Below, one piece after another: positions 41,231 through 54,713 of a DNA stretch of 64,000 nt; positions within the stretch are counted from its first letter, which is position 1, and each line of letters begins with the position of its first letter. The stretch is from Lingula anatina (Eukaryota; Animalia; Brachiopoda): positions 36,227,967 through 36,291,966 of the forward strand of contig CM120640.1 in assembly GCA_051362555.1 (NCBI GenBank). The letters run 5' to 3'. Both the position numbers and the translations under genes were made by a program. The notes under the pieces were generated by a model. That model was not told the DNA's origin. It worked only from the letters and a program-made list of their open reading frames with translations, and did no database searches.

Positions 41231-43125
41231 CGGAACCAAAATTTGACTTCTTGTGTTGTGTCAACTAAGGGGATAAAAAGGTCCATTTTAAAAGAAAAAA
41301 AACTTCTTTGAAATTGGTGGCCACAAGCTTGAGCCCTTCTTGAACCATCCCCCCCCCCCCCGAAAAAATATTGAAGATAAATTACTTTAAAGTTATAGCA
41401 TAATATATAACATAAGAATATTTGATTTCAGATATTTGTGATATTTAGACTTTTTACTACAATGAAAAAAATCAATTGATAAGTATTGCTTAGTTGGGTA
41501 GACATCTTAATGTAATTTCGTTTTGCAAATCAATGTATCACTACTGTGATTTCATATTTTGTGTAAATATTGAATTCATAGTCAAGCATTCAGGTTATTT
41601 AGTCAATAGCAATGTGAAATACATAAATATCCAGTCAATTTTAGATCCTTTACAATATATTTCACTTTGTTATTAACCAATGAAACTACATACTTTATCA
41701 AGGGCTGTTCCAGAAAGAAGTTTTCCCCATTTAACACTTTCTCTTGAGAACCTGAAAATTAAACATAGAGCACAAAATGAAAATGAAATAGTACTCACAA
41801 GGAAATAATTACATCTTTCAAATTAAAATAATTCAATCAGATATCTGTGTGTAAGTAAAAAAGAAACAAAAAGTCACTAGTTTATAATTTTATTAATATA
41901 CGTGAAAGCCTATGATAAACTGTTTATAACATTCCACAACACTCAGCAGGTACAATTACTAGAAATCTGATAAATATAATCTTTTTGTGCCAGAAAGAGA
42001 AAAACGTGTAATACAAACACTTGATTGTAAACATCTGAGGGTTAGGTTTTTTTCGACATTGAAGTAGTAAAATAGAATAAACATACAAGTCTTACCATAC
42101 ATTACACACAAAATAACCATTAAATCATTTGAAGTTCAGAATGGAATGAGTCTACTTTTTAAGGAAACAATTATTATATCAATTGAACAAATATCTCAAT
42201 GCAAATAATGTTCATGGAAATGAAAAAGTAAATGGAATAAATTTAAGTTGGAATGATCTCTCCTTTATCTGCAAATTACCAGAAAACTAAGCATACCTCG
42301 TGATCTATGCTTCAATAAGTCTACAAAATTAGATAGATCTTTGTAAAGCAGGCACTTGTTCCTAGAATTGTGCCATAATACATACTCTGCAAGTGAGGTG
42401 AATTACTAGTCTGCCAAATACCACACCATCAGTACAAAAAACATAAATACAACACAACTTAGAATGTACCAATTCCTGTCAAATAAAGTAAAACATTCTG
42501 CAAAGTATTTCAAAAGCAATATTTCTACTGGAAAATGTAACACAGACAAAACGATCATTCTTCTATAGAAAAAATATATAAATGTAATTAAATAAATATA
42601 ATATATGCCATATTACAACTTAGAAGTGTCATGGGCTACTGAGCAAATAAAGCTGCAAATGAATATTTGACTACACTGCTAATGCTATGCTGCATAAGCA
42701 TAACTAAATATCACCAAGATGTGAAATTTTAAAACCTAAAGTACCGATTTCTTGGTGTCACCTCTCTAATAAAAATAATAACAACAGCATGATTGCAATA
42801 GGAAATACATAGTATGACATTTGCTTCAAAAGCATCTTGACCAGGTCTTATGTACCATACAATACAATATATACATTGTTTTCTTTAAGCCATAATCTTC
42901 AAAATGATTATTTGCAAGAGCTGGTGCATTTTTTTCTTTGTTTCGTATGTACTTTTATAATATGTACTTTTTCGGTTAACGTTGGCAATCTTATGCTTGC
43001 AAAAAAAAAAATGTATTTGATAAAGTTGTATTTATGCCTACTGTTCAATATAAGAATAGAATATAAGCAGTGGAAATAAACAAAAGTGCATTTGGTTTAA
43101 CATAAATAAAATATCATTATTATAT

Positions 43126-43130
<5 letters not shown>

Positions 43131-43172
<42 letters not shown>

Positions 43173-43180
43173 CACACGCG
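43131..43180. repeat. (TG)n-(CG)n microsatellite in the presumed 3' UTR
   Basis: Directly visible. Confidence 0.95.
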
Positions 43181-43561
43181 CCCTTGCACATGTATGTGAA
43201 AACTGCAGTGGAAATAATGAAGAAAACTGTTTGGTGTGTGTGAATGGGCACGTGTATTTGTGTGCATATGTATGTACTAGTAACCCTTACAGTTTAATCA
43301 GTCTCAGTCTTACCAAAATGCTCATGAAGTGGACTTAAATCATTAAAGTAACATCTTTTCCTTTAGGTCAATTCATCAGCTGTAACAAGAATATAATTTC
43401 TCTTTAACTTATTTTTGTCAATAGTACTGTGTACAAAAGTCCATATAAATGGATGAATACAGTCCTACTGAAACACTCATCAGGTTTCTATGATTCCATG
43501 GTTATGTCATTATAAACAAGTAATCCAATCCATTTCTTCAGAAATCACTTCAAAATGATGT

Positions 43562-46500
43562 CTATGTCTGTAATGTTCCTGCTCCAATGCCATAACCAAT
43601 ACCTTTGGGCCCAAAGTGTTTTCCATAGCAAGCTGTAAGAAGAATAAAATTTAATACCAAATTGACAAATTTTGGGAATAGCATTTGATGATAAAGTAAC
43701 TGAATTTAGGGTATTTTTTTTCATTTTACAAAACTTATATTCTTTAGCTGTTGGAGCACTACATTCAATTACTGGCAATGCAACATCACAATAGGTACCT
43801 GGACTTATTATGTGATGAAATTGGGAACTAATTTACAGCCAATGAACTCACTAGCAATAGTGTTTACCTTTGCAGTAGATCTCCCCATCCTTATCTGACA
43901 AGCTGCTGGAGTCCAACTTCTTCTTACAGCTGGCACAGTTGAAGCAACTCTTATGCCAGGACTGAAATGAAAAATGCCAAATAAATACTTGCTTCTTGAT
44001 AAATACTTTCTTCTACATTTTCAAGTTCGAATTACATCGGCGGAAAATAGTCTACCGACAAAATTTTCAAGTCTTTACCATACTAACAACTTTTAGGGTT
44101 ATTGTATCTGTTCAGACTAAACAAATACCAATTCAAAATAATGTTCTAAATATGTCACAATATTTCAGATATTAAATTTAGAAAACCCACAGACCAAAAA
44201 CAGTCAATTTTTATCACAGTTTAACATCTTCAAGAAACATCAGCCACATACCGATCCAGCTCCAATCATTTTCTCTGCAGCGTACACGCTCTGTCCACAT
44301 CTAGGGCACTTGTCAGCTCCGCCAAACTTCATTCCTCCACCGTTGCTGGGAGGCTGACCAGTACTCAGTCTTCTTGGGGCATTGTAGGCCTCAGCAGTGG
44401 CAGGAACATTGCTAGGGAAGAAATAGTAGAAGCTCAGGATATGATGTACTATATGATGTGATATGTTGATGATATAAGATATATGGCACAGTGTAAGGCC
44501 ATATGTTCATGTTTTATAGTTGAAAACAGTCAATTTCATATGACAGGAGATAAGTTTATAAGTCCACTTATTTCCAATGCAGAAGTTTTTACAGGCTCTT
44601 TAATCCCAATATTCCCTTCTTTTTCAGTGACATACTCGTAGTTTTATAGGGGGAAAGGGTGGTGAAGGATGCCTACAAACATCTATGTGCAGTATTTCAG
44701 AGCAAAGTAGGCAAAAGTCAAGTTAAAAGATATTTTCTCACCACTGTGTTTATAAACTCACCTCCTGGTTGGTTCATAAGTACGTTCTCCAGTATCCATG
44801 GACAGGGTACCTGCACCACCACCATAGCCATAACCCTTGGGTCCAAACAGCTTTCCATGGCAGTTCTTACAATAGGCCTCCCCTTCACGCTCAGTCAAAG
44901 TGGTGCTATCGAGAAGCTTCTTACACTTAGCTGAAGAACAGTAAGTAACAGCATTTATGGAGTGTTAGTAGGAGTGTTTCATTACAGCAATTTTGATATT
45001 TTCCTTGAACTATGTGATGCAAGTAAAATAAACAATTCCAAATTTCAAATTTTCTTAGTACTGAAGTAACAGAATGGGTCTAAATTCATTACATCTCATC
45101 AACTTTACAACTGATTTAACTTTTCTCTTAACAATCAGAATGTCTCCACATGCACTTCACTGACAGTATAAACTTGTTACCTAAAGCACTGATCATAAGT
45201 GACAAATGTCCTGCTACAACTTATCTTTCACAGAATACAAATGAGGTTTTTATTAGATCTAGGACATATCACATTAAACACACCATCTTTTATGACCACT
45301 ATATGAAGCTCAATGGGTTTTATAACAGGATACTATGTCTGTAGTGTGCCATACATAAAAACAAAACAATGGCCATAGAGTAAGCTTCATGAACATTTCC
45401 ATAAGACTGAGGCAAACTGACAAATGGACCAATGCTAAAATGGTAAGAATCTTTGGCAATACTAGGCTGGGCTGAGAAATTTATTGCATACCCAATTAGC
45501 TAAAAAGCGCAATTGATAATACCAAATTTACTACAAATGTAGACCAGCACATTCAGTGGAATTAATAAAAGTCAACTTAACAAAAGAAAAAATAAGAAAG
45601 CTTTTTTGTCTGAAGACATTTCCAGACACTTTTTCAATTTGGCTTGTGCTGTAGGAGACGGGATGTACCAGTATGTGCTATTATAACATTCCACTTCCCT
45701 TGCTTATTTCTAGACAAACACAAAAGAAATCTGATCATCTGATTGGGAAGATCTGAGGCATCTGGTTACTTTTATATCCAAGCAATAAGAGACAGTTAAA
45801 GCACCGTGGAGCTAGCGGCTCACAGTCTACACAGTTGTCTACACATTAAATATGTCCAATTTATAGGTACTTTGTCAGACAGCCTACACACAATGAAACC
45901 AGTATTAACATATCTCAAACTATCCCCAAACCATTAACTTGTGAGCTAATATACAATGAGTCCTTCGGAAATTATCTGCCACTGGTGTTACTGTAATGAT
46001 GGCTATCTCTCAAGGTGCATACCTTGCCTCAGCCTTGCCTATTCACAGTAGGATCCATCCTGTATACTGACATATATGCCTTTGACAATTTCACAATAAC
46101 ACACTGTGCTTATATAGGTAGACTAAAATCTGCCTTCCATTAATAATAATTTATTATAAATACTTTGAAATTTTCAGAATAAAGATCTGATTCAGCCTCA
46201 TAGTCATTTTCAGCCCTTCTTTTGTTAAGGATCCATTTTCAAAGAGAAGATGGTCACTTAGTATTCTGAGAATGTAGCATCCAACACAGATTTCTATGAT
46301 GGTGTCTTCAGATCTGTGGGGACATAACATGTTCAAAGTCTGTAAAACTTACCACATGTCAAACAGAGCTTGTGCCACGAGTTGCCATTGGCCACCACTT
46401 TCTCTGCATGGTAGACTGCCTTACCACAGCGCGGGCAGCGGTCACCACCACCTATGTTCATCTTGACAGGAGGACTGGTCACGTGGCCGCCACTGGAAGA

Positions 46501-49500
46501 AAAGAGAAATAAAATCAAAATCAGGGGAATACCAACACTAAATTCTACACAAGCAGTATGATAAATGTCACTAATGCCTCACCTGATACAATGTCACAGA
46601 TGTCTTACCTGACACACAGTCACACCTAACATAACATGGTAGAAGGATATAATATCACAACTCATAAGCAAATATATTCTAGGCCCTGTGACTATGAATT
46701 ACAGTGGTACTTTAACTGTATTTTTCTAGGTTTTAGTCTGGACTGAATGAAGATTCTGACTCACACAATGCAGAATTTCGTATCTTATGGATGACATACC
46801 ACTGGTGTTTTCCTATCAGTATAAATTTGTATCATGTAATCCTGGGCATTTGACCTTTTTTCTGACAAACAATAAAGAACCCGTCTTCAGAACTGAAAAT
46901 GAAACCATCATAATCTTGTTTGTCCAGATAGACTCACCACAGTGCATATAGCATAATCATCAACACTAGGAAGTTTATCCTTCATGAAACGATTGGCAGT
47001 TCTATTCCTATCAGTAAAGGTCAAGAGAGTTCTATTGAGGCATAATTGTCTATCTTCTCTTTCTTTTTCAAAGGGAGAGAGGAAAATATTTATGGAGAAA
47101 ATGGCCTTGAATTTCTAAGTATAAAATGTCATCCTTTTTTTTTTGCTATTTCTCTCTCATTCGATTAAGAAGTCAAGATGGTAGAAATGCTTTTAAATTA
47201 GTATGGTTTACACAAGGAATAACCTCATCTAAGCAATTGTATTTTGGGACTTAAATATACTTTTAGCTAAATATAACTGTGATCTCTTTAAAATATATAC
47301 ATCTCAGACGCACACCCCTGTCCATATCAAACCAGCCTTTGTCTGACATCTAACTGAGCCAGCTTGATGTAATAGGTTGCCAATCATCTAAAAACTTCCC
47401 ATACATACCTACATTAAATGTACATTATTTCTCTTGGAAGTAGTTTGCTTCAGCATATGTTTATATACATAAATTACCTCTAGTAACAAAACACTGCATA
47501 CTACAGCAAAAGCTGCATAAATTCAGTGCACTTGTAGACAAGATCTTTATATTTTTTTCAGGGAAACATCCTAAACTTTTCACAATAACTGTATCAGACT
47601 GCTGTGGTCTGCCTACAGGCAAAGCGTATGGTGACACAAATAACAAGCCTACGTATGTGAGAAGAATACTGCCTGTATATTGCTGTTAAAACAGACACCC
47701 AATGCCAACCACATTAATATGGTGGGTGGAGTGACTGGATACTTTAATGGTGATCTAAATCACAACTCCATAACAATGTCATTACACCCCTGCCATCTGC
47801 GTAAATATGTGATGACCTAACCTGACCATGATGCTAAATCCTGTGTGAGCAAAATGCCCGTACTAGCAAGTATTAAAGTATTTCAATGATAAGTTCCCCC
47901 TTCTGTTGGCTATGTTCAGTTCAACATATACAATGATTTCTCATTGGGATACTTCAACACACCAAGATATTATGATCTGAAATCAATGTTCTGAACTGAA
48001 TATTATCATGATTGAATTCTGGAATGTAGAAATGATGTAGAAAGCTTTTCCACCTGTTGCTACAACCTTGTGCCCATTGCCTAGACAACTAACTCACCTT
48101 GTCTAACATAAACAAAATCTTCCTAATTAATGTCTCTTAATACTTACATAAAACACTCCTCTATCCTATTTAACAGTTAAAAGGTGTCTAATGCTGTCAG
48201 GGTCTGCTAGACTTCAGTAGCAGTGGTTCACCAGCGAGTCTCTGATATCTACTGCTACACATACATACTATATAGCTACTTGCAGCCCACATAGCAATGC
48301 CTTAGTGAGGCTAATGAAGGGGGGTTGACAAATTTTATTAGGTTTATATTTTTGAGACCAGGGTTGTCACCTGTGTGGTCTTATTTATCCAAAGATTATT
48401 AAGTTTTTCAGTAATGAATATTTTTAATGAATATTGTAACAAAAAATGTACAGCTTATTAGCCTTTGATTCATTGCAATTAAAAATCTCCCCTCTTCCTC
48501 CCCCTTAAGGTGAGGACACAATATGTGACTCATGCAGACTCAATGTGTTTTCCACAAACAGTTAAAAGTGGAATCAACGAGGACACTGCTATATTTGGAT
48601 TAAAGGACATGACTCTGTGTCAGAATATATTACCATCTGATTTAACTATGTTTGTTTGTCACAGTTGAAGAGCAGAATAGCTGCTAAACTTGACAAACAT
48701 GGCCATTACTGAATGCATAGTATTCAAAAGTTTTGAATTGTTTGTGGCACAGCCAATATATCAGTATCGAAACATGATTATAAAATACATTGGAAATGAG
48801 ATGCTTTGACACATACACATTACCTCAAAATTTTCAACAAAGAAAATATTCACTTTAAAAAAATGAAGAAGTTTCTCGTAGAATTGTTATGAGGATCAAG
48901 TTTTTAAATATTTATATATAATTTAAAAGTATAAACCGATGCCAGATTCATTTCCTCTCTTTTCATAATAATGTCAGATCCAGCTCCCTCCCTCTTTTCT
49001 CACGAGGGGAAAACTATGAGGTCCACAGACTGAGCAATTTATATATGCTTCAAATTACCCTAAATTGCGCCAGCACTGCCTTCACTTACAGAGCTAGCTA
49101 ACTGAGTTAAGTAGGCTAAGTTAAGCCTAATATGTTAAAACTCTTTTTGAAGAGGTCCCAGGTATCACAGTATATCTTGAAGGCAAATATTTAACTGCAG
49201 GAAAACAGTATGCAGACCCTTATTGCAACAGAGCAGCATAGTGCTTCACTAACACAATCACATGAGGAGATTGTGCTTTCCCCACACTTTCTCCATCACA
49301 CAACTGCCTACCTTCCATTAGTGTAGAGACTGGAGGAATTATTCAATGGAGGACTGGTGCCAAACAGCCTCGCACTGCATCCTCGACAATAGATGTCTCC
49401 CTCGTGTTCATTGATGGTAAAACTATCTAACTTCTTGTTACACTGTGCTGCAAGGAAAAAGAAAATAAAGTTAAAGTTCATATTGACTGATGATAAAATC

Positions 49501-49924
49501 TAGACAATACTTCAGCATTAAGAAAAATCAGTATTTTATCATTGCCATAATTATGATTAAAAATTGAATTATTTTTAAAGAGACTAAAGTGGTTTTCTAC
49601 CCAAAAGTCAAGCCTCAGAGGTAGAAAACACTTTTAAAAAGCGATTTTAATTTTCTATCCTCACAACAGAAGAGACAATGAAAAACCAATTACACAGTAT
49701 TACAATATTTATCACTGTGAATATGTAACAACAGACATTTTTGGGTTATTGTAAACTGACTTTCTGACATTCTGACACAATGTGAAGACACTGTGAGGTC
49801 AAACATATGTGTAATTCTATTATGAGTGCTTACCACAGTTCATACAAGTCTTGTGCCATTTCTTGCCAAGTGCTTTGGCCTCCTCTCCAAAGTACACAGC
49901 CTTTCCACATCTGGGGCAACTCAT
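43562..49924 (-). CDS. Three-LIM cysteine- and glycine-rich protein (CSRP/muscle LIM protein family), 286 aa
   Basis: Phase-compatible exons 49834-49924, 49312-49447, 46353-46492, 44762-44930, 44252-44411, 43868-43961, 43562-43632. LIM1 is [15 protein letters not shown]...[11 protein letters not shown]...IYCRGC. LIM2 is [12 protein letters not shown]...[26 protein letters not shown]3 is [12 protein letters not shown]...[23 protein letters not shown]. Confidence 0.92.
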
Positions 49925-50497
49925 CTTCACTGTCTCTTTGATACACTCACAGGCTTATATCTGAAATATTTTAAAGGGAAAATATACTAAGTGATGAGTC
50001 TGATGAGGAAGTAAAATTAAGATTAATGAGTCTATAAAACTAAATGTAAGTGGATCCCTCTTTAATCTTCCTTCCTCTCCAAAACATCAGGAAATCAGTA
50101 TTATATTTTTTCCTTTAAGGCAAAGGAGTAAAAAAAACTGGTGCATGTTACACTACAAAACAGAAATTTGATGTGCTTTAGATACTTCACCCTGAATGTC
50201 AACATTAACCTACTGATTTATTCAAAAAACTGTATCTAAACACATTATCGGATCATTATTTGAATTTCTGCCATTTATAGATGACAGAAATCCACATTTA
50301 TGAATAGGATCCAGATAAAAAAATAACAAACAGTTAGAGAGTGTGTTAATCCTATAAATAAAAAAAAAAAGGAATACTGAGTTTAGTATAGAGCTATCAT
50401 TAAGACTTAATGTATTAAGTTAAACATGCTATCTATATGCACTCAACATAATATATTTAAGGATATGCAATAAAGCATATGATTGGCATTGTAGCAC

Positions 50498-50725
50498 CTA
50501 ATAACACCACCATATACAGCACAATTGATTGTGTAATATCTGAACTGGGATCTCCTTTGACGGGCAACATACATAATGTTGTGAAGAACATAGAAATTTA
50601 GGAGCACTGGATGAACCACAAAAATGTGTGACAAAATCAAGGCAGAAATTCATATCCGCCCCCTCAGACAAAGAAACACTCAAAATACAGACATGTAAAA
50701 CCAAGAGATACTGGGTGCTTTTCAT
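50498..50725 (-). CDS. Candidate small secreted cysteine-rich peptide (75 aa; 8 Cys after the predicted signal)
   Basis: True ATG. MKSTQYLLVLHVCILSVSLSEG-A has n/h/c signal-peptide organisation. Mature part is C-x7-C-x9-C-x6-CC-x14-CC-x3-C. Acceptor TATTTTCTGTAG lies just upstream (exon start 50783) and AATAAA is at 50217-50222. No homology recognised. Confidence 0.45.
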   Translation of the reverse strand: MKSTQYLLVLHVCILSVSLSEGADMNFCLDFVTHFCGSSSAPKFLCSSQHYVCCPSKEIPVQILHNQLCCIWWCY

Positions 50726-52730
50726 CAGCTAAATCAGATGCAGCACTCAGTGCAGTGGTGCTGTCCCTTTAATTATTCATTTCCTACAGAAAATATAGAG
50801 GATGTTCTTTAATTATTAAAACAACGTCATCCTGTGCATTCTACCAATGGAAAAATAAACTTATCAAATATTCAAATCCTTACAAAGATATTGTCGGCCT
50901 TATAATTCCACTTCCAATGTAACCTGCCCTTGAAAGTTTCCCAAGATATTTAAGGACAATGTTGCATGTCAGCCATATTTTAGAGAATAAAAAATTACAG
51001 TGTAGTTCTAACTTGATCAGCACTTTGAAATGATGGGTATAAAAATATCTTATTATTAGGTCCATAACAGGCAATTATAAAGTGATGAGGGTGGTTTCAG
51101 AGACCAGACAATTCTTCTGGGACCACCTTTCTGGTGAAATGATAGTCGAAGGAAATTTTGAACCTGCATCACCCCAGCTGAGTGCAGCCATGATTTTTAT
51201 CATAAAACTCTTGCCAAGTACTAGTACATGTCACAAGTTATCACCCAGATCTAAACTAAATTAATATAAGAAAACACCATTTCCATACATAAAGTAAGAT
51301 TCAAGTCCTCACGCAATGCCTTTTTTTAAAACCACATAGAGTTTTGGTAATGGATATACCTCAGCTGCTGCTTTTAACACAACATATTGCTTTAAATATG
51401 CGCTACATTCACATACAGACTGAGACCATGAATGCATTAATTCAATCTATTACCTTCTTCCAGAAAATCCCCAAGATGTGTTCTAGGCTGCTCTGACAGC
51501 AGGCACCGCATGTGAATAAGGAAATACATGCAAGGCACATTAGGAAAATCTTACCATTGATTCATAGCTCAATACAAAGCTGATGGAAGCAGAGCTGGGG
51601 AACAGTACTTCACAATGTAACACAAATCATGGTAAATGTCCACCTCAGAGGCCCCATTCTATTAATGTTATGCACCTAAATAAGCATTGTGCTAAACCTC
51701 ATATCCTCTTACTTTTCCACTCAAACTGCTAATTTTCTTGGCGTCAGTAAACACTCGCATGATTCACTTCCCCATTGTTTCAATTAATAATATAGGTACT
51801 GTTACACATACAAAGTATTGTATTTTTACACTGTGAGAATATAAGAAACAAGAACCTTTGTTTTTACCTCATGCAAAAACCAGTAGGTTTCCAGGATTGC
51901 ATTAACTGGAAACAAAGCAGTTCTCCCATCTGTCAATAAACGTATAATTTCTGCGGTGATGATTGTTTCTGTGGCCCTTGATAAATGCTAAAAACACACA
52001 AGAGATTTGCTCATTTATTGCTTGATTAGGTAAAGTTCTAATCAACCTAAAAAACCACATACTAGAAGCATCTGTCTTCAAATCGGATTTGAGGAAATTA
52101 TATTCCGGGATGAAATAAAGTTAATCTCACAAATTATTGCATCTGAGCTTCAGACTCTCGATGATAATATTGGCAACTGCCAGCTAGCTAAGGCACGCGC
52201 CAGCTTCATCAGAGCTTAATTATGGTATTAAGCAATATGACCACACCAATCATCGTCCAATTGGACGTTTTATTATCTGTTGGCTCCAAAAAAATGGGCA
52301 TGTAGAGGGTGTGATGTTGTTAACATGCCAATTATCCATGCACTAATAAATAACCACCCTTAACAGAAATAAAACAAAAGTAAGACTTTGCTTTCTAAAT
52401 AACTTTTTTGTATCAAAAATATGTTAATTACTTGAAAAAGTTATAACAAAATATGTGAACAGTTTTGGCAAAAAGGTCTATTTTCCTAATTGGGCAAAAT
52501 GGCTAATGCTTGAGAATGAACAAGGTGAACAAGTACCTCTAAAGCTCTGGGTAACAAATAATAGGCGATAGTTAAGACTATATAACATAGTCTTAAATAT
52601 CGCCTTGCATGTCCATCTCCTCAACCTGCTATCTTCAAACTGTCATCATTAGAATGACATTGAAACAATCAGGAGAAAGGCCAATCCTAAAAATCGTACT
52701 TGTAAGTTTAAAATTATAATAAGTAGCACA

Positions 52731-53600
52731 GTTTTCTTTTCATAATGTTTGCAGTAGCAGTGCAAAAAGATTGTTGTCAATTTTGATGTAACATTACATA
52801 ATAAATTAGAGAATAATTATCACCAATTTTTGTTTATTGACTATAAATAGGATGGACATGTAGAAAATATGATTACCATTTGGCTTCATGTCCATGGGAG
52901 CTCCGAGTCCCACAATGAATATGCCAAAAAGATAATGAATATTACACTAAAATGTATAACTTCCAGAAAAAGAAGCCAATTTGACTGCTTTTCTAACTCA
53001 GGCTGCATTTTAGTCCTGTGTTTCTTTTTTGAAAGTTTGACAGTCATAAGTAACACGGTTTTCCCATAATGGTCATCAAGGCAGCAGCACCAAAAATTGT
53101 GTTTTCTTCTATTTTGATGCAACATTACATAATGCTTAAAAGCATACTGACCATCGATTTTTAAAAATAAAATATAAGTGTCATGGATTTTCAGAAAATG
53201 TGACTAGCATGGGTCTTCAAGCCCATGGAGGTTCTAAGTCACACCTTGGAAATGCCAATATGTGAAAAATTAAATTTTCACAAAAAACTGTTTCATTGCC
53301 AGAAAAATTTACCAAACAGACTGCATTGCCTACTGAAGCTGTATTTTAGTCCCATGTTTCTTTCCTGTAAGTTTGAGAACAGTAAGTGACATGATTTTCC
53401 TTAAATGGTCATCATGAGAGCAGTGCCCAAAATAGGGGTTTCTTCAAATTTTGATGCAATATTACATAACGTTTTACAGCATAATGACCATCCATTTTTA
53501 ATTATAAAATATTAGTATCATGGTTATTCAGAAAATGTAACTAGCAAAAGTCTTCAGGCCCATGGAACTTCAAAGTCACATATTGAAAATGCCAAAATGT
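52731..53600. repeat. Diverged tandem array, about 335-bp unit, about 2.6 copies
   Basis: The anchor TTTTGATG.AA.ATTACATAA recurs at about 52781, 53112 and 53449, with collinear flanks. Confidence 0.85.
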
Positions 53601-54713
53601 AAACAAGACAGCACTGTTCTGAAATGGGTTTATTTCCATTTTTAACACTTTTTTAACATAAAACAAAATAAACAGTTTACTGCCATTTTTTTTATGACCA
53701 ATGAAGAAAATTGATGAGATGGGAAAAGTATCAATAGAACAGTGTTAAATGTCCAACTTCCTCCATTCTGAGATTCTGAACATAGTGGATGAATGCATCT
53801 GACAAACTGCAATGATATGAGTTTATTTCCATTTTTGACACTTTATTACACAATACATGATAACAAGTTTACCATCATTTTTACAAAATCAACTAACAAT
53901 GTTGTAAAGATGCAGGAAATGTCAAACAAACACTTTTATGTATCTTATTAGTTCAATAATGAGACTGTTAACATGCCTAAGAATTGAATGTGAGGAAATG
54001 TGAAAAAACAGCATAACTTCTAAAATAATGGACTGATTATGCTGATTTTCAAACTCAACCTGCGTTTTAGTAAGATTGGCCCCTCCTGTGAGTATAATGA
54101 CAATTGGCCAATCTGTTTTTCTTATATTGTGTTATCAGTGTTGCATATATACTGAAAAAAGTGAAAAAAAACAGCATAAATTCCCTATAAGTGACCCGAT
54201 CGTGCTGATTTTCGAACTTGGCCTGCGTATTATGAATATTCATCAGTTCTGTAAGTTTCAAGCCAAAAGGTAAAATAGTTTTCCACTTATTGTGTTATCG
54301 GTGCTGCATATATGCTGAAAAAGTGAAAAAACAGCATAAATTCCCTAAAAATGGCCCAATCATGCTGATTTTCGAACTTGACCTGCGTATTAAGAATTTT
54401 CATCAGTTCTGTAAGTTTCAAGCCAAAAGGTAAAATGGTTTTCCACTTATTGTGTTATCGGTGCTGCATATATGCTGAAAAAGTGAAAAAACAGCATAAA
54501 TTCCCTAAAAGTGACCCAATCATGCTGATTTTCGAACTCGACCTGCGTATTATGAATATTCATCAGTTCTGTAAGTTTCAAATCAAAAGGCAAAATGGTG
54601 TTCCACTTATCGTGTTATCGGTAAAAGTGCACGGCGACGGCGGCGACGACAGCGACGACAGACGCAGATGATGGCTATATGTACAGACACATCTGTGTCT
54701 GTACATAAAAAAT
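53601..54713 (+). mobile_element. Helentron/HINE-like element with internal satellite (about 160-bp unit x4)
   Basis: Starts AAACAAGAC. An approximately 193-bp repeat pair is followed by ACAGCATAA units at about 54008, 54171, 54331 and 54491, a (GGC/GAC)n microsatellite, the hairpin TATGTACAGACAC-ATCT-GTGTCTGTACATA (54678-54707) and an A run. Confidence 0.75.

Noticed and set aside
47300-47350. Minus-strand KG...YGQG resembling a relic CRP glycine-repeat exon
   Set aside because: It needs a frameshift, has no Cys ligands or splice sites, and resembles generic short-repeat sequence.
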